Positions 30,224 to 39,450 are shown, counted from the stretch's first letter. The stretch is 64,000 nt of DNA from an uncultured Bifidobacteriaceae bacterium (GCA_964392775.1 CAYMRD010000006.1:61901-125900); one strand, 5' to 3'. A program made the numbers and translations. The notes: a model not told the origin generated them from the sequence alone.

Positions 30224-30234
30224 AGTCGGGTCAT

Positions 30235-30268
30235 AAAAAATCCCGCTCTCGTTTCCGGGGCGGGATTT
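30235..30268. terminator. Bidirectional terminator hairpin, repeat copy B
   Basis: aaaaaatcccgctctcgtttccggggcgggattt, identical to 31297-31330 and 33385-33418. Confidence 0.9.
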
Positions 30269-30286
30269 AAGAATGTGGTTTAGGGA

Positions 30287-31219
30287 TTACTCCTTAATAA
30301 AAGAGTTATGATAAAAAGTGTTTTCATCTCCATTTAACTTCAGATAGTATAAGCCGGAATGGAAGGAAGAAATATCAATTGGTTGGTCGTGAGCTACTGT
30401 GGCAGTAAAGACCAATTGTCCAATATGATTGTAGATGCTCACTTCTGCATTTTTTGCAAATGGTTGAGTAATGTAAATAAAACCATGAGCCGGGTTAGGA
30501 TAGATATTTACGAGTTGATACTTCTGTGTCAGTTCTTTTAGTCCAACAATATTAACAAAATCACAAGGATGCACTGCTCCATTACCACCCTCAGGTCGGA
30601 ACAGATATTGCGTATCCTGATAACATCTTAAATATGGACTCTCTCCCAGTGTTACCACCCGGTCCAATAAAACAATAAATTCTGGACTGCTGTTTCTTAT
30701 ACTCGTAATAACTTTTTCTGTGTACTTCCCCGTATTTATTGGGGTTTCAATATCATCAATTGCATGGAATTGCCATTGGCAGATACTATCATTTGCAACT
30801 ATTGAATTTTGTATCCATACGATGCTGTCAATCACAATTCTTGCATTTATAACAGAATCGGCATTATACGGTATAAGTAAATCAATAGCTATGGTATCGT
30901 GTACATTCACTCCTGTTTTAAAAAGGAGCAGCTTGCCTTTTGATGGTGATAAATAATAAATACTGTCATTGGATTTAGTTAAGAACACGCTGTTACCATA
31001 ATCAACATCATTATAGTTTTTGTATGCTATCTGGGAATAAATATCACCGGCAATACTTGTATCTCTTAGCGCTGTGTAGGTATAAAAGGACTCAAGGCCT
31101 GTTCCGAGTTGGTCTGGGTTTCCGTAATGCCAGATTGTTCCGGGACGGGTGAAGGATTGTTGGGCATCTGCGCCAAAAGAAATTCCGAGCACAAATACTG
31201 AGAGTAATAGTTTTTTCAT
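30287..31219 (-). CDS. Secreted protein with a T9SS type A C-terminal sorting domain
   Basis: Signal MKKLLLSVFVLGISFGADAQ; CTD IYPNPAHG...IYNHIGQLV...SGLYYLKL...FIKE. Confidence 0.88.
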   Translation of the reverse strand: MKKLLLSVFVLGISFGADAQQSFTRPGTIWHYGNPDQLGTGLESFYTYTALRDTSIAGDIYSQIAYKNYNDVDYGNSVFLTKSNDSIYYLSPSKGKLLLFKTGVNVHDTIAIDLLIPYNADSVINARIVIDSIVWIQNSIVANDSICQWQFHAIDDIETPINTGKYTEKVITSIRNSSPEFIVLLDRVVTLGESPYLRCYQDTQYLFRPEGGNGAVHPCDFVNIVGLKELTQKYQLVNIYPNPAHGFIYITQPFAKNAEVSIYNHIGQLVFTATVAHDQPIDISSFHSGLYYLKLNGDENTFYHNSFIKE

Positions 31220-31246
31220 AACGATTATAATTTGGTTCCGATAAAG

Positions 31247-31266
31247 ATACATACATACATACATAC
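31247..31266. repeat. (ATAC)5 tetranucleotide simple sequence repeat upstream of the T9SS cargo gene
   Basis: Five exact ATAC units, starting 28 nt upstream of the ATG at 31219. Confidence 0.9.
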
Positions 31267-31296
31267 ACATGACATAAGTAGTTGGTTTCTAATATA

Positions 31297-31330
31297 AAAA
31301 AATCCCGCTCTCGTTTCCGGGGCGGGATTT
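31297..31330. terminator. Terminator hairpin, repeat copy C
   Basis: Identical 34-mer to copies B and D; lies between divergent genes, where no terminator is needed. Confidence 0.9.
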
Positions 31331-31532
31331 TACAGATTATTGGTATCTAACAATAATCCGCAGCTTATGGCTTAGTGTAGTAAAACATATCAATATGGTA
31401 TACTAAAGCTTGATAGAAAGAAAGGTGTATCTTTATATTTAGCAATTAGATTGAGAAAATATAAAAGAATACGATACTTTTGTTCATGTTTATGCATTGT
31501 TCACGTTTCGTGTACTTGTAATATTAATGAAC

Positions 31533-32534
31533 ATGAAAGAAATAGAAATAGTAGATATTGCTTTAGAAGCTCTTGAAAAGAATACCGGAATAAGGTGTAA
31601 ATGGAGGGTTATGGAAAAAAAAAGAGTAGATAAGAAGCTTTGTTTAGAGGTTGATGATCATCAATATGATGTTTATATGGAAGTGGTTAAGGAGCTTAGG
31701 AATCATCAAATACCTTTAATGTTAGAAAGAACAATAGAGAACAAACCTCTGATTGTGGTTGCTGCTCACCTGATACCTAAAGTAAAGGAAGAGCTGCGGG
31801 CTTTAAACATTGGATATCTGGAAGGTAATGGAAATATTTATTTGAAATTGGATGGACTTGTATTGTGGATTGAAGGGAACAAGCCATATAAACAAGATGG
31901 AGTAAAGACTAACAGAGCTTTTACCAAAACAGGGTTAAAAGTCGTGTTTCAGTTTTTACTTGATCAACAGATGGTGAACATGCCATATAGAGAAATTGCT
32001 AGTGTGACTGATGTTGGGTTGGGGAATATAAATTATGTTATACATGGTTTGAAAGAAATGGGCTACTTAATTGAAATCAATGCTAGAGAATATCAATTAA
32101 TAAATAGAAGAGAGCTATTGGACAAATGGATAACAACTTATACTGAAAAGTTAAAACCAACACTATTGCTAGGCAGGTTTCGCTTCTTAAAGGAAGAAGA
32201 TTTTATGAATTGGAAGGCTATTATGCTTCCCCACAATAAAACATGGTGGGGAGGAGAACCTGCAGGAGATATATTAACCAATTACTTAAAACCAGAAGAG
32301 TTAACTTTATACACAGAGCAAACCAGAAGCGATCTTATTAAACAAATGAGATTAATTCCTGATGAGAATGGGACCGTGAAGATTTATAAGAAGTTTTGGA
32401 ATTATCAGGATGTGTATGATAACATAACTCCACCGTTATTAGTATATGCGGATTTAGTAACAACTAATGATCGCAGATGTTTAGAAACGGCAAAAAGAAT
32501 TTATGATGAGCTCATACAAAATAAACTACAATAA
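31533..32534 (+). CDS. abiEi: Type IV toxin-antitoxin antitoxin, AbiEi-like
   Basis: RAFTKTGLKVVF, winged helix YREIASVTDVGLGNINYVIHGLKEMGY, WWGGEPAG and PPLLVYADL...D.RC.ETA; start could be 31527 or 31533. Confidence 0.8.
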   Translation: MKEIEIVDIALEALEKNTGIRCKWRVMEKKRVDKKLCLEVDDHQYDVYMEVVKELRNHQIPLMLERTIENKPLIVVAAHLIPKVKEELRALNIGYLEGNGNIYLKLDGLVLWIEGNKPYKQDGVKTNRAFTKTGLKVVFQFLLDQQMVNMPYREIASVTDVGLGNINYVIHGLKEMGYLIEINAREYQLINRRELLDKWITTYTEKLKPTLLLGRFRFLKEEDFMNWKAIMLPHNKTWWGGEPAGDILTNYLKPEELTLYTEQTRSDLIKQMRLIPDENGTVKIYKKFWNYQDVYDNITPPLLVYADLVTTNDRRCLETAKRIYDELIQNKLQ

Positions 32535-33363
32535 AATTCGTCAGTTACCGGAGATAAAGGAGATGCTTTCTGCATTAGAAAGAGGGCTAAATCGCTTTAG
32601 TATAGACTATTATTTGGTAGGTGCTGTAGCAAGAGACGTTTGGATGACAGGAATTAATGGTATTGCTCCAAGAAGAACAACTGGAGATATTGATTTTGCT
32701 GTATTAATAAATGATAAGGGTGTTTATGATGCCCTTAAGAATTATTTAATTGAGGAAGAATGTTTTGCTGCTTATAAAGCGAATCCTTATGTATTGATTT
32801 GGGAAGGCCGATATGAAGTAGATTTATTACCATTTGGAGCGATTGAGGATGAAAATGGTTATGTCATTGCAGAAGGAACTGGTTTAACTAATATAAGCCT
32901 ACAGGGTTTTTATGAAATTTATGAGGAAGGACTTCCGGAGATTGAGTTGGAAGGAAATCACCGGTTCAAGTTTTGTACACTTCCGGGAATTGTGACATTG
33001 AAGCTAATTGCTTGGGATGACAGACCAGAGATAAGAAGAGATGATGTGAAAGATATTAGTGACATACTGAATCACTTCTTTGATATGTATGATGAAAAAA
33101 TATGGGAAGGTCATAACGACTTATTTGAAGGTGATAATGTTGATTTAAAGCATGTGGCAGCTCGTGTAATGGGCAGAGAAATGCGCAAAATTGCAGACCG
33201 AAGCAGAAAACTGTTCGACAGGCTAAATGCGATACTGGATGCGAATACTTCAGATATGCGAAATAGTAGAATGGCTAATATAATGGTAGAATATTTTGAC
33301 AATACCGTTGAGGATAATGTGATACTGTTGAGTCAGGTGAAATTAGGACTAAATGGAAATTAA
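32503..33363 (+). CDS. abiEii: Nucleotidyltransferase toxin, AbiEii/AbiGii-like
   Basis: YYLVGAVARD, RTTGDIDFAV, VDLLPFG and LKLIAWDDR...DVKDI; overlaps the antitoxin 3' end. Confidence 0.82.
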   Translation: MMSSYKINYNKIRQLPEIKEMLSALERGLNRFSIDYYLVGAVARDVWMTGINGIAPRRTTGDIDFAVLINDKGVYDALKNYLIEEECFAAYKANPYVLIWEGRYEVDLLPFGAIEDENGYVIAEGTGLTNISLQGFYEIYEEGLPEIELEGNHRFKFCTLPGIVTLKLIAWDDRPEIRRDDVKDISDILNHFFDMYDEKIWEGHNDLFEGDNVDLKHVAARVMGREMRKIADRSRKLFDRLNAILDANTSDMRNSRMANIMVEYFDNTVEDNVILLSQVKLGLNGN

Positions 33364-33384
33364 TACTTCTGCAAAGGTTTAATA

Positions 33385-33418
33385 AAAAAATCCCGCTCTC
33401 GTTTCCGGGGCGGGATTT
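33385..33418 (-). terminator. rplT operon terminator, repeat copy D
   Basis: 70 nt downstream of the rplT stop; hairpin with GAAA loop and U-tract on the minus strand, and a T-tract on the plus strand as well. Confidence 0.9.
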
Positions 33419-33488
33419 TTCAATCGTACAATCGTGGTGAATAATTTATTAAAGTTCGAACAAACTGAAACAGGTTCAGTTGAACAAA

Positions 33489-33833
33489 CTATTTTACTTT
33501 CTCAACTACTGCTTTGAAAGTCTCAGGGTGGTTCATTGCGAGGTCGGCAAGAACTTTACGGTTTAGGCCAAGGCTGGTTGTACCAACTTTACCCATAAAC
33601 TGTGAGTAGCTCATACCGTGCAAGCGGGCGCCTGCATTGATACGCATGATCCACAATGAGCGGAAGTTACGTTTTTTGGTTTTACGATCGCGGTAAGCAT
33701 ATCCCAGACCTTTGTCTATCGTATGTTTGGCGATGGTTAATACGTTTTTACGTTTTCCCCAGTAACCTTTTGCAAGGCCGAGGAGTTTTTTTCTGCGTCT
33801 GCGAGACGCTACTGAATTGACACTACGTGGCAT
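33489..33833 (-). CDS. rplT: 50S ribosomal protein L20
   Basis: MPRSVN...[27 protein letters not shown] and [10 protein letters not shown]. Confidence 0.98.
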   Translation of the reverse strand: MPRSVNSVASRRRRKKLLGLAKGYWGKRKNVLTIAKHTIDKGLGYAYRDRKTKKRNFRSLWIMRINAGARLHGMSYSQFMGKVGTTSLGLNRKVLADLAMNHPETFKAVVEKVK

Positions 33834-33850
33834 AATTGTTAAGTTTTTTT

Positions 33851-33898
33851 GGACTGAAGCGTTCCGAGTATTCGGAAACTTTTAATAGGCTCGTGTCC
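33851..33898 (-). promoter_or_regulatory. Candidate structured RNA element upstream of rplT
   Basis: GGAC/GUCC and GAGC/GCUU stems enclosing a UUCCGA-AUAC-UCGGAA hairpin, ending 17 nt before the ATG. Confidence 0.4.
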
Positions 33899-33960
33899 GG
33901 GTTTTTTAAATTAAACTTTAAACCTGCTCCAATTGCTTGGGGCAAATTCAACTTGCGATC

Positions 33961-34161
33961 TTATTTACCGATTGCAAGCAGATTTTTGATCAATCCCATA
34001 TCAGGATCAGATACTACAACCATCTTAGTCAAACCACGTTTTTGTTTGGTGGTTTTCTTGGTCAGGATGTGATTTTTAAACGCCTGCGCACGTTTGATTT
34101 TACCGCTGGGGGTAACTTTAAAACGCTTTTTCGCAGAGCTGTTGGTTTTCATTTTTGGCAT
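33961..34161 (-). CDS. rpmI: 50S ribosomal protein L35
   Basis: [17 protein letters not shown]...HILTKK. Confidence 0.98.
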   Translation of the reverse strand: MPKMKTNSSAKKRFKVTPSGKIKRAQAFKNHILTKKTTKQKRGLTKMVVVSDPDMGLIKNLLAIGK

Positions 34162-34200
34162 AATCTGTCTTCCTTTTTATTATTCGATGTACGATTTTCT

Positions 34201-34851
34201 TTATTTCTCGGCCGGGGCCGGTGTTGTTGGTGCTGATTTCCCTTTAGGGCTCATCAACAAAAACATTTTTTTACCTTCTAGTCTTGGCAACTGCTCCACT
34301 TTACCAAGTTCAGAGAGTTTTTGTGCAAACTGAAGCAACAATACCTCGCCACGTTCTTTGTACACAATTGCTCTGCCTTTAAAGAATACATAAGCACGAA
34401 CTTTATTACCGTCTTTCAAAAAGTTTTCGGCATGTTTCAGTTTAAAGTCAAAATCATGCTCATCGGTATTCGGTCCGAATCTGATTTCCTTTACCTCTTG
34501 TTTTACGGTATTGGCTTTCAGTTCTTTTTTCTTCTTTTTTTGCTCGTACAAAAACTTTTTGTAGTCGACTACCTTACATACCGGTGGGTCTGCGTTAGGT
34601 GAGATCTCTACTAAGTCAAGTTCCTGCGTGTCGGCAATGCGAAGGGCTTCCTGAAGAGAATAAACTCCTACTTCAACGTTGTCGCCTACCAATCGAACCT
34701 GTGTTGCACGGATCCTTTCATTGATCTTATGCTCAGGCTCTCTTGCTTTGCTCATGCCACGACCGTAGCGGTTAGCACCCGGAACGTATGCCGGTTTGGG
34801 TGCAGGTTTGTTCCCTGTGCTAGGGACAAATGGTTTGTTTGGTGCTGCCAA
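34201..34851 (-). CDS. infC: Translation initiation factor IF-3
   Basis: [27 protein letters not shown] and KEIRFGP motifs; start ambiguous (TTG 34851 or ATG 34755). Confidence 0.96.
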   Translation of the reverse strand: MAAPNKPFVPSTGNKPAPKPAYVPGANRYGRGMSKAREPEHKINERIRATQVRLVGDNVEVGVYSLQEALRIADTQELDLVEISPNADPPVCKVVDYKKFLYEQKKKKKELKANTVKQEVKEIRFGPNTDEHDFDFKLKHAENFLKDGNKVRAYVFFKGRAIVYKERGEVLLLQFAQKLSELGKVEQLPRLEGKKMFLLMSPKGKSAPTTPAPAEK

Positions 34852-34873
34852 GTATGGTTTTAAATTGGTTTTT

Positions 34874-36835
34874 TTAATTAATGTTTTTGGCTTGCTGGTC
34901 TTTGATAAATATTACAAAGTCTTCCAGTTTAAACTTGCCCACATCTCCTTCTCCGTGTTTGCGAACCGAAACGCTGCCTTCAGCTTCTTCCTGTTCTCCG
35001 ATGATGAGCATAAAGGGGATTTTTTTCGTTTCGGCATCCCTTATCTTTTTGCCAATCTTCTCGTTCCTGTCGTCAAACGGCCCGCGAATATCTGCTTTAT
35101 TTAGCACATTCACAACTTTTTGCGCGTAGTCATGATATTTCTCACTGATTGGCAAAATGGCCACCGGCTCGGGGGTTAACCACAGCGGGAAGTTACCTGC
35201 ACAATGCTCAATCAATACGGCCACAAAACGCTCCAGCGAGCCGAATGGCGCGCGGTGTATCATCACAGGGCGGTGTTTTTGGTTATCACTTCCGGTATAC
35301 TCCAGCTCAAAACGTTCGGGTAGGTTATAGTCTACCTGAATGGTTCCCAATTGCCATTTACGGCCAATGGCATCTTTTACCATAAAGTCGAGTTTTGGCC
35401 CGTAGAAGGCGGCTTCTCCAAGCTCAACTACCGTTGTCAGGCCTTTTTCGGCTGCCGACTCAATGATGGCCTGCTCGGCCAGATTCCAGTTTTCATCGCT
35501 TCCGATGTATTTGGTTTTATTCTCCGGGTCGCGCAGGGAAATCTGAGCGGTAAAGTCTTTAAAGTCTAATGCTTTGAATACGTACAGCACCAGATCAATC
35601 ACCTTGCAAAATTCTTCTTTCACCTGATCGGGGCGACAAAACAAGTGGGCATCATCCTGAGTAAATCCACGAACCCGTGTCAATCCGTGCAATTCGCCTG
35701 CTTGTTCGTAGCGGTAAACGGTACCAAACTCGGCATACCGCACGGGCAGGTCTTTGTATGATTTAGGAGAGGCCTTGTAAATTTCACAATGGTGAGGGCA
35801 GTTCATCGGTTTCAGGAAAAACTCCTCGCCTTCGCGCGGGGTTGAAATCGGCTGAAACGAATCGGCTCCGTATTTTTCGTAGTGACCCGAAGTGATGTAC
35901 AAATTTTTGTTACCGATATGAGGTGTTACCACCGGCAAATATCCGGCAGCTACCTGTGCTTTTTGCAAAAACTGAACGAGTTTTTCGCGCAGGGCAGCGC
36001 CTTTAGGCAACCACAACGGCAAACCCATTCCTACTTTTTCGGAGAAGGTAAACAGCTCCAGTTCTTTTCCAATCTTGCGGTGATCGCGTTTTTTTGCTTC
36101 TTCAAGCAACACCAAATACTCATCCAGTTCCGATTTTTTAGGGAAGGTGATTCCGTAAATACGGGTGAGCATTTTGTTTTTTTCATCCCCTCTCCAGTAC
36201 GCACCGGCAACGCTCATCAGCTTAATGGCCTTGATGAATCCGGTATTGGGAATATGCGGTCCACGGCACAAATCGGTAAAGTTTCCCTGATTGTAAAACG
36301 TGATGCTTCCGTCTTCCAATCCTTCGAGCAGGTCGAGTTTGTACTCATCGCCTTTTTCTTTGAAGTAGGCAATGGCATCAGCTTTCGAAACCTCCGAACG
36401 TTTATACGGATTGGCCTGCTTGGCAAGCTCAACCATTTTATCTTCTATCTTTTTAAAGTCATCGCTCGAAAACTCTTTACCGCCAAAATCAACATCGTAA
36501 TAAAATCCGTTTTCGATGGGAGGTCCGATACCGAACTTGGTTCCGGGGTACAGTGCTTCCAGCGCTTCGGCCATCAGGTGAGCCGATGAGTGCCACATTG
36601 TTTGTTTACCATCCGTATCATTCCAGGTGAGCAGTGTAAGCGCAGCGTCTTCGTTGATGGGGCGTGTAGCGTCCCATACTTCCCAATTCGCAGGGTTGAG
36701 CGAAGTCGAAATCTTGGCGGCTAATACATTGCGGGCCAATCCTTCACTGATGGATTTGGCTACGTCTAAGGCGGTTGCTCCCCGTTCATACGAGCGAACG
36801 GAACCGTCAGGCAGGGTGATATTGATAGTACTCAT
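34874..36835 (-). CDS. thrS: Threonine--tRNA ligase
   Basis: TGS domain, [33 protein letters not shown] and HRAPFGS. Confidence 0.98.
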   Translation of the reverse strand: MSTINITLPDGSVRSYERGATALDVAKSISEGLARNVLAAKISTSLNPANWEVWDATRPINEDAALTLLTWNDTDGKQTMWHSSAHLMAEALEALYPGTKFGIGPPIENGFYYDVDFGGKEFSSDDFKKIEDKMVELAKQANPYKRSEVSKADAIAYFKEKGDEYKLDLLEGLEDGSITFYNQGNFTDLCRGPHIPNTGFIKAIKLMSVAGAYWRGDEKNKMLTRIYGITFPKKSELDEYLVLLEEAKKRDHRKIGKELELFTFSEKVGMGLPLWLPKGAALREKLVQFLQKAQVAAGYLPVVTPHIGNKNLYITSGHYEKYGADSFQPISTPREGEEFFLKPMNCPHHCEIYKASPKSYKDLPVRYAEFGTVYRYEQAGELHGLTRVRGFTQDDAHLFCRPDQVKEEFCKVIDLVLYVFKALDFKDFTAQISLRDPENKTKYIGSDENWNLAEQAIIESAAEKGLTTVVELGEAAFYGPKLDFMVKDAIGRKWQLGTIQVDYNLPERFELEYTGSDNQKHRPVMIHRAPFGSLERFVAVLIEHCAGNFPLWLTPEPVAILPISEKYHDYAQKVVNVLNKADIRGPFDDRNEKIGKKIRDAETKKIPFMLIIGEQEEAEGSVSVRKHGEGDVGKFKLEDFVIFIKDQQAKNIN

Positions 36836-37014
36836 AAAGGTCTGCAAAATAGTGCAAGCGGTACAATTTGTGAAATCTTTTATTCCGAGAGAGTAGAGAA
36901 GTAAGATTTAAGATGAAAGAGAGGATGAAGATATGGGAGGGGGACGCGGTTAGATTGTCGGCAGTCCTCAGTTATGGTTTATCGATTAGCCACAGTGATC
37001 TGTCAACTATTCAA

Positions 37015-38037
37015 CTATCTGCTTATCCTGTCCAATCCCTCTTTAGCTGGCGTATATTCAGGGTTAAGTTGCAGGGCATATTCGTAGTTCAGCTTTGCAT
37101 CTTGCCCGTGTTTGCGCATTTCGTGTATCAAACCCCGCATGTAATAAGCCTCGGTGTAATTGTTGTTCATCTGTACACAGATATTAAAACTTCTGAGGGC
37201 TTCATCATATTTCTCAACATCAAAATTAATCATCCCAACATTGTAATAAGACTTGTCATTTGATGGGTCGATATCAATCACTTTGCGGTAATCGAACAAT
37301 GCTTTTTGGTATTGTTTGGTTTGCTGGTAGTAGTATGCACGACCAAAATATGCTTCGGTACTTTTAGGGTTGATGCGGATGGCAGCGGTGAAATATTCCG
37401 GTGCTGATTTGTCTTTACGTGCCGTATTCAACAAGCCCAGTTGCATGGCTGCATCATAATAACTTGGGTCTATTTCCAATGTTTTTTGGTACGAAGCAAT
37501 GGCTTTTGCGGTGTCCTTTAATTCGCGCTGATTGTCGGCTTTCAGAATCATGGCATCAGCACTGGCAGGGTTGGCCGCCAAAATGGTATTGACGAGGTTA
37601 ATGGATTTGGTATGTTCTTTCACTACATAATAGAGTTCGGCAAGTTTGAGCTGGGCTTCGGTATAATCGGGCTTCAGTGCCAATGCACTTTCGTATGCTT
37701 TTGAGGCATCTTGTGTGCGGTTCATTGCATACAAAATTTTGCCTTTGTAATAGTGGTAAAGCGGGTTTTTTCTATCTTTCGTTGTGGCATCTTCTATATC
37801 CACCAATGCTCTATCCATGTATTTTTCGTTGAAATAAATAACGGCACGCTGGTAGTATAGTTCGGCATTATCGGGGTCGGCTTCAATCTGGTTGCTAATG
37901 ACACGCACAGATTGTAAGGCTGCTGTTGAGTCTTTGCCCCCTGTTTCAGCAGCGGGTTTGTTTTTATTCTGACCGCAAGCCGCTACCAGTAGCACCGTGA
38001 TGAAAATCAGTTTTTGAAGAGTTGATTTAAAATACAT
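37015..38037 (-). CDS. TPR-repeat lipoprotein
   Basis: Lipobox VAAC followed by about 8 TPR motifs. Confidence 0.85.
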   Translation of the reverse strand: MYFKSTLQKLIFITVLLVAACGQNKNKPAAETGGKDSTAALQSVRVISNQIEADPDNAELYYQRAVIYFNEKYMDRALVDIEDATTKDRKNPLYHYYKGKILYAMNRTQDASKAYESALALKPDYTEAQLKLAELYYVVKEHTKSINLVNTILAANPASADAMILKADNQRELKDTAKAIASYQKTLEIDPSYYDAAMQLGLLNTARKDKSAPEYFTAAIRINPKSTEAYFGRAYYYQQTKQYQKALFDYRKVIDIDPSNDKSYYNVGMINFDVEKYDEALRSFNICVQMNNNYTEAYYMRGLIHEMRKHGQDAKLNYEYALQLNPEYTPAKEGLDRISR

Positions 38038-38148
38038 TTGAAAAGCGTAAATAATGTGAACCGGAAACAGGGATTTTGATGATGATGTGTTTTTTACAAG
38101 TCACAAAAAAACTAAATTTGGTCGCATTAATGTAATAATATTTGAATA

Positions 38149-38245
38149 GAGTTATTGGGTTAATGGGTTATTGAGTTATTGGCCAGTGCCTCAAGTCAGA
38201 ACTTTATAAGCAAAAACCGAATAACTAAATAACAAATAACTAAAC
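38149..38245. repeat. Short tandem octamer array plus an inverted partner upstream of hmgA
   Basis: gagttatt-gggttaat-gggttatt-gagttatt (38149-38180), then aataacta-type units at about 38220-38245. Confidence 0.6.
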
Positions 38246-38246
38246 T

Positions 38247-39404
38247 ATGCCATACTATCATAAACTTGGGAGCATTCCCGCAAAACGACATACTCAGTTC
38301 CGCAAACCTGACGGGACTTTGTATCAGGAAGAACTGGTATCAACCGAAGGGTTCTCCAGTTTGTATTCACTGGTTTACCATACCAATCCGCCTACCATGG
38401 TGAAAGAAATCGGGGAGGCGCGGGCTTTTGGTCCGGTTGCAGCCATGGAAAAAAACATGCAAAACCGCAGCTACCTCACGTTTAAAGCCAAACCTGTGGA
38501 TGACTATTTAGAAAGCCGTGTATACCTGTTGTTCAATAATGATGTATACCTGGCAACAGCTGCTCCTCAAAAAAGTATGACCGATTATTTCTACAAAAAC
38601 TCGGATGGGGATGAAGTGATTTTTGTGCATGAGGGCAGTGGTGTTTTGAAAACTATTTACGGACAAATTCCGTTTGAGTATGGCGATTATCTGGTGATTC
38701 CGAGGGGGACGATTTACCAGTTGCATTTTAACGATGCAAACAACCGTTTGTTTATCACCGAAAGTTTATCACCGATTCGTGCCCCCAAACGTTACCTCAA
38801 CCAGTTTGGTCAGTTGCTCGAGCATTCACCGTATTGCGAGCGCGATTTAAAAGTTCCGCAAAACCTCGAAACATTTGATGAACTTGGAGAGTTTAAGGTG
38901 ATGATCAAAAAACAGGATATGCTCTACCCATACACGTATGCAGCGCATCCGTTCAGTGCCATTGGCTGGGATGGGTATCAGTATCCTTATGGATTTTCGA
39001 TTCATAACTATGAACCAATCACCGGACGTGTACACATGCCACCTCCAATCCACCAAACATTTGAAGGGCATAATTTTGTGATCTGCTCTTTTGTTCCGCG
39101 TCTGTATGATTACCACCCACAGGCGATTCCGGCTCCGTATGCGCATAGCAATGTAGACAGCGATGAAGTATTGTATTATGTGGATGGCGATTTTATGAGC
39201 CGCAAACATGTGGAGCGCGGAATGATTACGTTGCACCCAAAAGGAATCCCGCACGGGCCGCATCCCGGAACGGTTGAAAAATCAATCGGGCAAAAAGAAA
39301 CCGGAGAACTGGCTGTGATGATAGATCCGTTTTATCCGTTGAAGATTACCAAAGCCGCAATGGATATGGAAGATCCGGGGTATTATAAAACGTGGGTGGA
39401 ATAA
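38247..39404 (+). CDS. hmgA: Homogentisate 1,2-dioxygenase
   Basis: GFSSLYSLVYH, HMPPPIHQTF, YAHSNVDSDEVLYY and HPKGIPHGPHPG. Confidence 0.93.
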   Translation: MPYYHKLGSIPAKRHTQFRKPDGTLYQEELVSTEGFSSLYSLVYHTNPPTMVKEIGEARAFGPVAAMEKNMQNRSYLTFKAKPVDDYLESRVYLLFNNDVYLATAAPQKSMTDYFYKNSDGDEVIFVHEGSGVLKTIYGQIPFEYGDYLVIPRGTIYQLHFNDANNRLFITESLSPIRAPKRYLNQFGQLLEHSPYCERDLKVPQNLETFDELGEFKVMIKKQDMLYPYTYAAHPFSAIGWDGYQYPYGFSIHNYEPITGRVHMPPPIHQTFEGHNFVICSFVPRLYDYHPQAIPAPYAHSNVDSDEVLYYVDGDFMSRKHVERGMITLHPKGIPHGPHPGTVEKSIGQKETGELAVMIDPFYPLKITKAAMDMEDPGYYKTWVE

Positions 39405-39450
39405 TAGATAGACCATAGTTAATAGTCGATAGACATAGACGCGAGAAAGG

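Noticed and set aside
30235-33418. 34-nt direct repeats as a CRISPR array
   Set aside because: The intervals are 1-2 kb and contain whole genes; there are no cas genes, and the repeat is a terminator hairpin.
28121-33418. Classical integron (attC sites / intI)
   Set aside because: The repeats lack RYYYAAC...GTTRRRY ends, are shorter than attC sites, the cassettes carry their own promoters in both orientations, and no integrase is present.
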